A stretch of 64,000 nt of DNA from Candidatus Finniella inopinata (GTDB lineage Bacteria; Pseudomonadota; Alphaproteobacteria; Paracaedibacterales; VGCI01), in contig CAMCRD010000001.1 in the NCBI GenBank assembly GCA_945877185.1, forward strand, positions 9,256-73,255. Direction: 5' to 3'. This document shows positions 26,378-34,943 of the stretch, one piece after another. Both the position numbers and the translations under genes were made by a program. The first letter of the stretch is position 1. Every line of letters begins with the position of its first letter. Under the pieces are notes generated by a model that ran no database searches, was not told where the DNA came from, and saw only the letters and a list, made by a program, of their open reading frames with translations.

Positions 26378-27238
26378 ATGTTGAAAAAATATTTGTTCAT
26401 CCTATTATTTGCATTTTCCATTTTACCACCAACTCAAGCTATGCAAGAGCCAGAACGCCCCTGGCCAGAGATGACTTATAGCGATAAAACTGGCGCAAAA
26501 TGTCGCTTGGTTTCTTTAAGAGAGGTAACTGAAAAAACCTTCGTTCCGTTTGCCACCACACTTTTTTCAACACAAGGCGTGTATGAACTTTATGAAAATG
26601 GTATTGCCTGGGATGAAGCAAGAGCCCAACGTCTTTGGGGTCGTGTCTCACCAAGAACAGAAGAATGGTTCAAAGGTATCAACACATTCGTGCCTTGGAC
26701 GGTTATTCAAGTATGCGAAACGGAAACATTCATTGGTATTTTGGGGGCACATTTTCATACAAATGAAAAGATAAATGAATATAAAAGTGTTGAAATTTGT
26801 TATGCGCTTCACCCTGAGTACAGAGGAAAAGGAATTTTATCAACTGGATTTAGGACTTTTGCTCAAGCCTTTGCGCCTCAATTGCAAGGACTAGGAGATC
26901 AATTTGATCGCATTTTGGCCCCGATTTCTCCTATTAATTTTCCTTCTTTGAAATTTGTCTTTAGCCTAGGATTTAAAGTGGGTGAGGATTCACGAAACCA
27001 ACCCTATGTGTCTAGTTTTTTTCCAGAAAATTACATAAGTGAAGAGAATAAACCACGATTTTTAGGTTATGCTGTGGAGGTTGTCAAAAAACTTCAATCA
27101 ACTTCTGAAATGGTTGAACCAAATCCGAACAGCTTTGAAATGCCTATTGATGAACAAGATTGGGCGAAACTTCTTGCTCTTAGAATCGTTGCCATCATGC
27201 CAAAGGATGCTTTTTTCGAGAAATTCCTGGAAAAATAG
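26378..27238 (+). CDS. GNAT-family N-acetyltransferase with an N-terminal signal peptide
   Basis: MLKKYLFILLFAFSILPPTQA (signal peptide). GNAT motif-A-like VEICYALHPEYRGKGILSTGFRTFAQAF (RimJ/RimL-like pattern). Confidence 0.65.
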   Translation: MLKKYLFILLFAFSILPPTQAMQEPERPWPEMTYSDKTGAKCRLVSLREVTEKTFVPFATTLFSTQGVYELYENGIAWDEARAQRLWGRVSPRTEEWFKGINTFVPWTVIQVCETETFIGILGAHFHTNEKINEYKSVEICYALHPEYRGKGILSTGFRTFAQAFAPQLQGLGDQFDRILAPISPINFPSLKFVFSLGFKVGEDSRNQPYVSSFFPENYISEENKPRFLGYAVEVVKKLQSTSEMVEPNPNSFEMPIDEQDWAKLLALRIVAIMPKDAFFEKFLEK

Positions 27239-27301
27239 TATTGTCATACCTCTCCCTTTGACCACCTTTGTTGTGTGAAGAGGGAGGGGAACAAAAATAT
27301 T

Positions 27302-27423
27302 CCTCAATCCAAATCTGCCAAGAGGGTGGCATTGCCTCCAGCGGCGGTTGTATCTTGGCTGAAGGTTCGCTCCACCATAAAACGGACAAGATAGTTGGGT
27401 CCACCAGCTTTCGGGCCTGTTCC
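27302..27423. repeat. direct repeat, right copy (functional putA 3' end)
   Basis: Partner of 24146..24267. It comprises the stop codon and last ~40 codons of putA. Confidence 0.9.
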
Positions 27424-30400
27424 CGAAAGGCCTTCGCCCCCAAATGGTTGAACACCGACGACAGCGCCGATCATGCTTCGATTGATGTACAAATTTCCAA
27501 CGCGGGCCCTCTTTCGAACACGCTGTATAGTCCCGTCTATGCGGCTATGCACCCCAAGCGTAAGGCCATAGCCTGTGGCGTTAATCTCATCAATGACTTT
27601 ATCTAAATCTGATCCTTTAAAGCGAACGACATGCAGAATGGGCCCAAAAACTTCTTCCGTCATTTGCTGGGCAGATGATAGCTCCCAAGCTTGCGGCGGC
27701 ACAAAATTGCCTTGCTGATGGGTCTTATCTAATTCTGAACGATAAATCAATCGAGCGGTTTTCTCTAATGCCTTCCCATAGGCTTCCAGCTGTTTTTCTG
27801 CCTCATGATCAATAACGGGGCCAACGTCTGTCGATAGCAGGCTCGGGGCCCCAACAGATAATTCGGCCATCGCCCCTTCGAGCATTGCCAAGATGTTATC
27901 CGCAATTTCTTCTTGGATGAAAAGCAACCGTAAGGCCGAGCAACGCTGCCCTGCACTTTGAAAGGAAGAGACGATAATATCCTGGATCACTTGCTCCGGC
28001 AAAGCGGATGAGTCCACGATCATTGCATTCATTCCCCCTGTTTCCGCGATGATCGGAACAATCGGCGCTTTTTCTCGTGAAAGAAGGGTTTTGGCAATGC
28101 CTTGGGCCACGGATGTTGAGCCTGTGAAGGCAACACCTGCCGTCCGTGGATCACGCATCAGCTGTGACCCTAATACACTTCCCCTTCCCGGAAGATAATG
28201 GAGGACACTAACGGGGATTCCAGCTTGATGGGCCAATTGAACAGCTCGATAGGCAATCAACGGTGTCTGATGGGCGGGCTTTGCCATAACGCAATTCCCT
28301 GCAGCCAAGGCTGCCGCTACTTGACCTATAAAGATCGCTAAAGGGAAATTCCACGGGCTAATGCAAACAAACACGCCTCGCCCATGAAGGCTCAATTGGT
28401 TCTTCTCGCCGGTTGGCCCAGGTAAAGGTAACGGTGCACTCATGAGGCGACGCGCCTCAGAGGCATAATACCGACAAAAGTCAGCCGCTTCACGCACTTC
28501 TGAAATCGCATCCGGGAGCGTTTTCCCCCCCTCATAGACCAACAATGTCATTAACTCTTCACGATTCGTTTCTAATAATGCCGCCAATCGATCCAAAGCT
28601 TGAGCACGAACAGCCACCGGGGTGGCAGTCCACTCTTCAAAGGCTTCTCCTGCCAAGGTCATTGCCCGTTCTGCATCTTTTGCCGTTGCATTCCAAACTT
28701 GGCCAATGACTTGCTCATTATTCGACGGATTAACGGCCTGGGCGGAATTGCCTTGACGAATAGGGGTTCCGGAAATGAGGGGAGTAGAACACCACGGAGC
28801 CCCTGAGGGCATCGTTACCTTAGTGGCTTCCATTTTTTGCTTTAAACCATCGATCTCCTCTAAATTACTGAAATCGATTCCTTCAGAGTTTTGGCGTTGA
28901 GGACGTAATAAATTCCGAGGCAAAGGAATTTTTGGATGAGGAATGCTCTTAAAAGATCGTGCTTCCTCCACAGGATCCGCGATCAAAACATCAATGGGCA
29001 TAGAAGGATCATAAATTTTATGGACAAAAGACGTATTCGCCCCATTCTCGAGCAAACGGCGAACCAGATACGCCAACAAATCCCGATATTCTCCAACAGG
29101 CGCATAGACACGACAAGGAACTGGACGATCATTTCCCTTTACGAGCTGACCATAAAGCGCTTCCCCCATCCCATGCAACCGCTGAAATTCAAATTCTTTA
29201 CTCTCTCCCGCAAGGTCAAGTATGGTCGCCACCGTGCGGGCGTTATGAGTTGCAAATTGGGGGTATATGGCCTCAGGGACTGCAAACATCTTTTGCGCAC
29301 ACACTTGATAAGAAACATCCGTGAACACTTTGCGGGTAAAAACAGAATAGCCCTTCAGTCCCTTTTCTTGAGTGCGCTTGATCTCTGAATCCCAATACGC
29401 TCCTTTCACCAAGCGAATGCATAATCGACGCCCGTGACGCTTGGCCATGTCAATGAGATAATCCATGAACAAGGGGGCCCGTTTCTGATATGCTTGGACA
29501 GCCAGCCCAAAACCATTCCACCCTTTTAAATCTTCATGACCAGAAATAAATTCAATAATATCCAAAGAAAGATCGAGCCGCTCTGACTCTTCTGCATCAA
29601 TCGTAAGGCCAATGCCGTGCTCTTTGGCAAGCAAGGCCAAATTCAAAACCAAAGGCCTTAATTCTTCTTCAATCCGTTCTCGTTTTGCAAGCTCATAACG
29701 GGGATGAAGCGCGGACAGCTTAACGGAAATACTATTTTGGAAAAAGATATCACCTCCCCCTTTTGATTTCCCGATCGCTTCAATGGCTTGGGTATAGGCC
29801 TGATAATAACGATTGGCATCTTTTTTGGTACGGGCCTCTTCCCCCAACATATCGTAAGAATGTCGATATCCTTTTTCTTCATCCGTTTTCGCGCGCTTTA
29901 AAGCGGCCTTGATCGTCTCCCCCATCACGAATTGATTGCCCATAATTTCCATAGCCTTAGCAATACTCTGTCGAATAACGGGTTCGCTTACCCGGCGGGT
30001 TATCCCCTTCAACGTATCCAGAAAACCGTTTTTCTCTAATCCCCAATGCATCAAATGATCGGCCGTTGACAATCCAAAGCTGGTGAGTTTTGCAAAGAAA
30101 GTCGTATCCCCTTTCCCTTGATTTAAGGAGCTTCCCCATTCAACGGAACGAATCTTGTCCCGAATCAGCCTTGTTTTCGTTTCCGTATCCGGCACGCGCA
30201 ATAAGGCTTCGGCCAAGCACATCAAAGCAATGCCTTCTTGGCTATTCAAGTCATAGGTTTGAAGAAAGTTTTCAATGCTGAAACTATCCAGCTTCTGCGC
30301 CCTCACACCTTCAACAAGTCGGCGTGCCTGTTCAGCGATGCGTTTCAATTGTTCCGGTGTTTGGTGAATATGGTCCAGAAGATAAGCCACAACGTCCGCT

Positions 30401-30534
30401 TCATCTTTTCGGTAAAAGTCATTGAAAGAGGGGAGAACACAGGAGCTAAGGACAGGATTAAGAACAGAGTTAGAAGTCTCCTCACTTGTCAAAGCTTTAC
30501 GCTTCATCTTAAGTTTCATACCATTTCTCCGCAC
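27304..30534 (-). CDS. putA: bifunctional proline dehydrogenase / 1-pyrroline-5-carboxylate dehydrogenase
   Basis: The 1076-aa product has an N-terminal proline dehydrogenase half and a C-terminal aldehyde dehydrogenase half (FTGST, ETGGMNAMIVD, SAGQRCSALR with the catalytic Cys). The start may be one of several N-terminal Met codons. Confidence 0.95.
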   Translation of the reverse strand: MRRNGMKLKMKRKALTSEETSNSVLNPVLSSCVLPSFNDFYRKDEADVVAYLLDHIHQTPEQLKRIAEQARRLVEGVRAQKLDSFSIENFLQTYDLNSQEGIALMCLAEALLRVPDTETKTRLIRDKIRSVEWGSSLNQGKGDTTFFAKLTSFGLSTADHLMHWGLEKNGFLDTLKGITRRVSEPVIRQSIAKAMEIMGNQFVMGETIKAALKRAKTDEEKGYRHSYDMLGEEARTKKDANRYYQAYTQAIEAIGKSKGGGDIFFQNSISVKLSALHPRYELAKRERIEEELRPLVLNLALLAKEHGIGLTIDAEESERLDLSLDIIEFISGHEDLKGWNGFGLAVQAYQKRAPLFMDYLIDMAKRHGRRLCIRLVKGAYWDSEIKRTQEKGLKGYSVFTRKVFTDVSYQVCAQKMFAVPEAIYPQFATHNARTVATILDLAGESKEFEFQRLHGMGEALYGQLVKGNDRPVPCRVYAPVGEYRDLLAYLVRRLLENGANTSFVHKIYDPSMPIDVLIADPVEEARSFKSIPHPKIPLPRNLLRPQRQNSEGIDFSNLEEIDGLKQKMEATKVTMPSGAPWCSTPLISGTPIRQGNSAQAVNPSNNEQVIGQVWNATAKDAERAMTLAGEAFEEWTATPVAVRAQALDRLAALLETNREELMTLLVYEGGKTLPDAISEVREAADFCRYYASEARRLMSAPLPLPGPTGEKNQLSLHGRGVFVCISPWNFPLAIFIGQVAAALAAGNCVMAKPAHQTPLIAYRAVQLAHQAGIPVSVLHYLPGRGSVLGSQLMRDPRTAGVAFTGSTSVAQGIAKTLLSREKAPIVPIIAETGGMNAMIVDSSALPEQVIQDIIVSSFQSAGQRCSALRLLFIQEEIADNILAMLEGAMAELSVGAPSLLSTDVGPVIDHEAEKQLEAYGKALEKTARLIYRSELDKTHQQGNFVPPQAWELSSAQQMTEEVFGPILHVVRFKGSDLDKVIDEINATGYGLTLGVHSRIDGTIQRVRKRARVGNLYINRSMIGAVVGVQPFGGEGLSGTGPKAGGPNYLVRFMVERTFSQDTTAAGGNATLLADLD

Positions 30535-30611
30535 AAACCATATACAATAAAAAACTTTAGCAAGATTTAAGAGCTTTGCCCAAGTGGTTTTATCGTTTTC
30601 GGGTTTTTTTT

Positions 30612-31454
30612 CTACGGAGACACATTCTTCGCCAAGAGAACAAAGTCTGCAATAGACAATTCTTCAGCACGCGCGCAAGGATTCAAGCCTAATTCAGTGA
30701 GTTTGCTTTCAGAAAATAATGGCTTGAGGCTGGAGCGAATCATCTTTCTTCGTTGGCCAAAGGCATGCTGAGTGATCCGTTCCATCATAGGCAACAGGGC
30801 TTTTTCTGAAGGATCGATCAGTTTTGGAATCAGTTGGACAACGCTGGACGTTACTTTTGGAGCTGGCGTAAAAGCCTTAGGGGACAAATCAAACAGGCGC
30901 TTTCCCTCACAGAGCCACTGGGTCAAAATCGACAATCGTCCATAGGCTTTTGTGCGCGGCTTCGCAATGAGCCGCAAGGCGACTTCTTTTTGGAACATTA
31001 AGGTCAAAGAGGAAATACGATCCAGATTCGACAGCCACTGAATTAAAAGGGCCGTTCCAATATTGTAAGGCAAGTTCGCAATAATCTTAATATTGCCTTT
31101 TGGAATAGCCAATTGAGGAGAGAGTTTGAGCGCATCCCCTTCGATAACCTCAAAAAAGCCAGGAAAGGCAGCTTGGATATCCGCCAATATTTCAAGGCAT
31201 CGATGATCCCGCTCAACCGCAACAACACGGGCGCCAGCTTCCAATAAAGCACGAGTAAGGCCGCCCGGACCTGGCCCCACCTCAAACACCGTGACATCTG
31301 TAAAATTTCCGGCGACTTTGGCGATACGCCGGGTCACATCCATGTTGAGCAGAAAATTCTGCCCAAGACTCTTTTTTGCTAACAAGCCATAATGATCAAC
31401 AACTTCCCGTAAAGAAGGAAGAGAATAATCACTTCCACTCAATAAAGGCGACAC
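30612..31454 (-). CDS. rsmA: 16S rRNA (adenine1518/1519-N6)-dimethyltransferase
   Basis: KKSLGQNFL, VFEVGPGPGGLTRAL, and IIANLPYNI. The GTG start at 31454 overlaps the surA-like stop, and a TTG at 31442 is an alternative. Confidence 0.9.
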   Translation of the reverse strand: MSPLLSGSDYSLPSLREVVDHYGLLAKKSLGQNFLLNMDVTRRIAKVAGNFTDVTVFEVGPGPGGLTRALLEAGARVVAVERDHRCLEILADIQAAFPGFFEVIEGDALKLSPQLAIPKGNIKIIANLPYNIGTALLIQWLSNLDRISSLTLMFQKEVALRLIAKPRTKAYGRLSILTQWLCEGKRLFDLSPKAFTPAPKVTSSVVQLIPKLIDPSEKALLPMMERITQHAFGQRRKMIRSSLKPLFSESKLTELGLNPCARAEELSIADFVLLAKNVSP

Positions 31455-32502
31455 TCTTCAACTTAGCCATTTCTTGCGCTGCCCGTTTGCTCAATTTTTC
31501 TTGCTCAACGGCATTGGACGCCATGTCCCGCGTAGGTTCCGGCAGTGGCGCCAATTTTGGCATCTTCTTAGAACAAACCATCGTCAAAACAAGCCCATCC
31601 GGCGTCATTGTCGGCTGCATGCACGTTCCTACTTGCGCTTTTTGTACCAACGGCTTCAAGGGACCTGGCAATTGTCCCATCTTGACAACACGATTTGCAT
31701 CGACTTTTGCCCCAAAGCCATTAGCCGCTTTCAAGAAAGCTGGGCACCCTTTTGCTTGGTGCGTTTCTTCAATTTTTGGTCCCATGATCATCATAACTTC
31801 TTCAGGCGACTCAGGAGATACATTGAAGATTGCTTGGCACAACGTAATTTCCATCTCGTCTGGCGAGGGCGGTTCGAGTTTCATATCTTTGGCTTGAGAC
31901 AAAACTTTATCAACTTCTTGATCGCTAATATGAACCAATGGACCATACGCTTCACGGATGAAACGTCCCCAGGCCATTTGCGCTCTCAACCGTGTCAACA
32001 TCGTTTGCTTAGAAATACCATTGGTTTTAAGCATTTTAACCATAGCTTCCAACGACATATTATTGTCCTTGGCCAAGCCCTCAAGTGACTTCTCTACATC
32101 GGCATCCTCTACTTTAATCTTCTTTGCCTTTGCCGCCTGGAGTTGAAGGCATTCTTCTACCATTCCTTGAATTACTTGTTTACGGATATCGTCCGGAACC
32201 GGCGTGGTCACAGGTTTGCCAGTGCCGAGATTCATCAATCGAAGACGCTGATCCACATCAGCGGCCGTAATAGCATCCTTATTCACAACAACAAGAATGC
32301 GGGTTTTTGACCCTCCTGCTATTCTGGATAGAGCAACAGTCTTTTTCGACGCCGCCCCTATTCCTGTTTCTTCAAGCATTTGTGATCCTGGTAGATTGGC
32401 CTTTGGTAATGCAGCATCTATCTTTGATGATGCTACTTTCCCATCGCTACACGCTACGAGGCTAAGCCCCGTTAAAAATAAAAATACACGCAACAGTTTC
32501 AT
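31429..32502 (-). CDS. SurA-like periplasmic chaperone (lipoprotein-type signal)
   Basis: MKLLRVFLFLTGLSLVAC (lipobox LVAC). SurA N-terminal-like RILVVVNKDAITAADVDQRLRL, then a degenerate parvulin-like C-terminal half. It sits immediately upstream of rsmA, as in the classical surA-(pdxA)-rsmA context. Confidence 0.6.
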   Translation of the reverse strand: MKLLRVFLFLTGLSLVACSDGKVASSKIDAALPKANLPGSQMLEETGIGAASKKTVALSRIAGGSKTRILVVVNKDAITAADVDQRLRLMNLGTGKPVTTPVPDDIRKQVIQGMVEECLQLQAAKAKKIKVEDADVEKSLEGLAKDNNMSLEAMVKMLKTNGISKQTMLTRLRAQMAWGRFIREAYGPLVHISDQEVDKVLSQAKDMKLEPPSPDEMEITLCQAIFNVSPESPEEVMMIMGPKIEETHQAKGCPAFLKAANGFGAKVDANRVVKMGQLPGPLKPLVQKAQVGTCMQPTMTPDGLVLTMVCSKKMPKLAPLPEPTRDMASNAVEQEKLSKRAAQEMAKLKSVAFIEWK

Positions 32503-32679
32503 TTTTTCTCTTAACCCTTTTATATGCCTATAACTCTATAGGGCATTGCCTTTGATCCTTGTTTTATAGTAAACCTGATCAAAGGTCTATTATAGTTTTT
32601 TAGTCGCTTGAATAATATATAAGTTGTCCAATGTTCAGATGCTAGGAAATTGATGCATGAAAAGGAAACTTTTTTATAC

Positions 32680-33840
32680 ATGAGCCTCGTTACCCGCCAT
32701 ATCCTTAAGCATCTTTTTACGAGTTTAATATTCCTTGCGACGGTCTTAACTACAGGTGTATGGCTCACTCAGTCTTTACGATTTATAGAAATTATCGTCA
32801 ACCAAAATGTATCGATTGGCGGTTATTTTTCTCTTGTTGGTTTTCTAATTCCTGACTTAGTTGCCATCGTGTTGCCTGTTTGCATCCTCATCAGCGTTCT
32901 CTTTACCTATAACAAACTGATTGCAGATCATGAGTTAAGTATTTTTCGCGCCTGCGGATTGAGTAACTGGCGTCTTGCCCGTCCTGCTCTTATTCTTGCT
33001 CTCTTTATGGCTTGTTTGGTCGCTTTTATCAACATTTATCTTGTTCCTATATCTTTTCGCCACCTCCGCGATATGGAATATCAACTCCGGAATGAATTTT
33101 CTTCCAGCTTTGTTCAAGATGGTATGTTTAATACATTGCGGGGAATAACTGTCTATGCACGAACCCGGGCCGTTAATGGTGACTTAGACGGCGTCTTCAT
33201 CCATAGCATCGGACAAGGGCTTACCCCCTCTCAACCAAAGCGTAATCCCTTTACAATTGTGGCACAGCACGGAACCATTATCGAAAAAGAAGGTAAGAAA
33301 TCACTCCTCATGTTGCTGAATGGAACGCGCCAAGAAAAAGATGAGAAAACGGGAAAAGTGAGCTTCTTTCATTTTAAAACCCTCACTTACGATTTAGATC
33401 AACTCGCTGCCAATATCCAAGAACGAATCATCAAGCCTTATGAACGCTCTTTAACTGATCTTTTAAATCCCCCGGATGCAGATAGCCTCCCCTTAACAAC
33501 AAAAGCGCAGCTTAACTCGGAGGGACACCAACGGCTCTTACCTCCCTTTTTGGTCATGTTATTCACCCTGATTGGGCTAAGCGCTCTTCTCCCCCAAGAA
33601 CTAAATCGCCGTGGGCGTCAAAAACGTATTGCTCTTGCCATTGGTTTGGCAACAGGTATCCACATAGGATTGATATCCCTTATTAACCTCAACAGTCGTT
33701 GGAGTATAACTATTTCTTTAGCTTATGGGACAATTCTGCTGTTCAGCCTTATTTCGCTTATTATTCTAGAAAAACAAAGTCTCCGTACTTGGTGGCAACA
33801 GTATGGCCTTGGAAAAATTGGCAGGGATATTCACCCATGA
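32680..33840 (+). CDS. lptF: LPS export ABC transporter permease LptF
   Basis: Starting at the ATG at 32680 (RBS aaaggaaac) gives MSLVTRHILKHLFTSLIFL, the typical LptF/G N-terminus. It is a 6-TM YjgP/YjgQ-type protein. An ATGA overlap links it to the next permease gene. Confidence 0.8.
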   Translation: MSLVTRHILKHLFTSLIFLATVLTTGVWLTQSLRFIEIIVNQNVSIGGYFSLVGFLIPDLVAIVLPVCILISVLFTYNKLIADHELSIFRACGLSNWRLARPALILALFMACLVAFINIYLVPISFRHLRDMEYQLRNEFSSSFVQDGMFNTLRGITVYARTRAVNGDLDGVFIHSIGQGLTPSQPKRNPFTIVAQHGTIIEKEGKKSLLMLLNGTRQEKDEKTGKVSFFHFKTLTYDLDQLAANIQERIIKPYERSLTDLLNPPDADSLPLTTKAQLNSEGHQRLLPPFLVMLFTLIGLSALLPQELNRRGRQKRIALAIGLATGIHIGLISLINLNSRWSITISLAYGTILLFSLISLIILEKQSLRTWWQQYGLGKIGRDIHP

Positions 33841-34937
33841 CCTATATTTGCTCCACTCTCAACTTATATTTCTGTCGCATCTTTTTTGTTTGGCTTGGAG
33901 CATGCTCCCTTGTCATTACGGCTATCATTTCCTTGTTTGAAGGAACAGAGCTCATTCGGCGATCTATGGGAAAAGCGAATATTGACCTCTCCATTATTTT
34001 TGAAATGATCGTTTTAAAGCTTCCCAATCACCTCCAAATGCTCCTTCCCTTTATTGTTCTCTCCGCAACGATGGCGGCTTTCTATCGTTTAAACCATACA
34101 CAAGAGATTGTTGCAGCCCGCAGCTCCGGATTATCAATATGGCAGCTTCTTAAAGGACTTATGTTTTTTGTTTTGGTCTTAGGATTTGTGCAACTTATTA
34201 TTCTTAATCCTTTGAGTGCAGCCATGAGCAGCCGTTTTGGAAATCTTGAAGCTCTTTACTTTTCTGGCACCAGTAACCGTATTGCAATCTCTGAAACAGG
34301 ATTATGGTTCAGAGAAATCACACCTGGACGACAAAGCATCATTCATACATCTTACGTGCAACCTAATTCGAAAACATTTACCAATGTCACCTTTCATAAT
34401 TTCGACCCCTCAGGTAATTATGAAACACGCATTGACGCTGCATCTGCTATTTTACAAAAAGGGCGCTGGGAGTTAAGAAATGCCGTAATTTGGCAAGATA
34501 AGGAGGGAGCCTTCAAATCACACCCTGTTATGATGATTCCAACCCCTCTCACGATTGAAAAAATCCAGGACAGCAATACTGCCCCTGAAATGATCTCCTT
34601 TTGGTCTTTACCAAAATTTATTGATATCTTAGATAAGTCAGGCCTATCTAGCCTGAGCTATCGCCTTTATTGGCATGGCCAAATCGCAAAATTAGGAATG
34701 ATGATGGGAATGATATTGCTCGCTGCAGGTTTCGGTATACGACCTGTTCGTCAAGGAGGAACAGCTTTATATATATCTTTAGGAATTGGTAGCGGATTCG
34801 CTCTCTACTTTCTTAACGATGTTGTCTATGCCTTGGGGTTGGGAGGTCAAATTCCTATCCTACTCGCTGCATGGGCGCCAACGCTTATTATGGCTCTCTT
34901 GAGCCTTTCGCTCCTATTACACCTCGAAGATGGTTAA
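33837..34937 (+). CDS. lptG: LPS export ABC transporter permease LptG
   Basis: The ATG at 33837 overlaps the lptF stop (ATGA). It is a paralogous YjgP/YjgQ permease with a central periplasmic domain. The 46-codon upstream extension in the ORF track lies inside lptF. Confidence 0.8.
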   Translation: MTYICSTLNLYFCRIFFVWLGACSLVITAIISLFEGTELIRRSMGKANIDLSIIFEMIVLKLPNHLQMLLPFIVLSATMAAFYRLNHTQEIVAARSSGLSIWQLLKGLMFFVLVLGFVQLIILNPLSAAMSSRFGNLEALYFSGTSNRIAISETGLWFREITPGRQSIIHTSYVQPNSKTFTNVTFHNFDPSGNYETRIDAASAILQKGRWELRNAVIWQDKEGAFKSHPVMMIPTPLTIEKIQDSNTAPEMISFWSLPKFIDILDKSGLSSLSYRLYWHGQIAKLGMMMGMILLAAGFGIRPVRQGGTALYISLGIGSGFALYFLNDVVYALGLGGQIPILLAAWAPTLIMALLSLSLLLHLEDG

Positions 34938-34943
34938 ACTTAA

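Noticed and set aside
30580-30611. Weak hairpin followed by T8 (cgggtttttttt) between rsmA and putA
   Set aside because: The T-run is on the plus strand while both flanking genes are on the minus strand, and the stem is only 3-5 bp.
33699-33836. Upstream extension of lptG, and likewise of ftsB (53440..53529), lptF (32650..32679), the His-rich protein (10671..10733) and ORF 22861..22959
   Set aside because: The extensions overlap the preceding gene or lack an RBS. Internal start codons give canonical N-termini or signal peptides.
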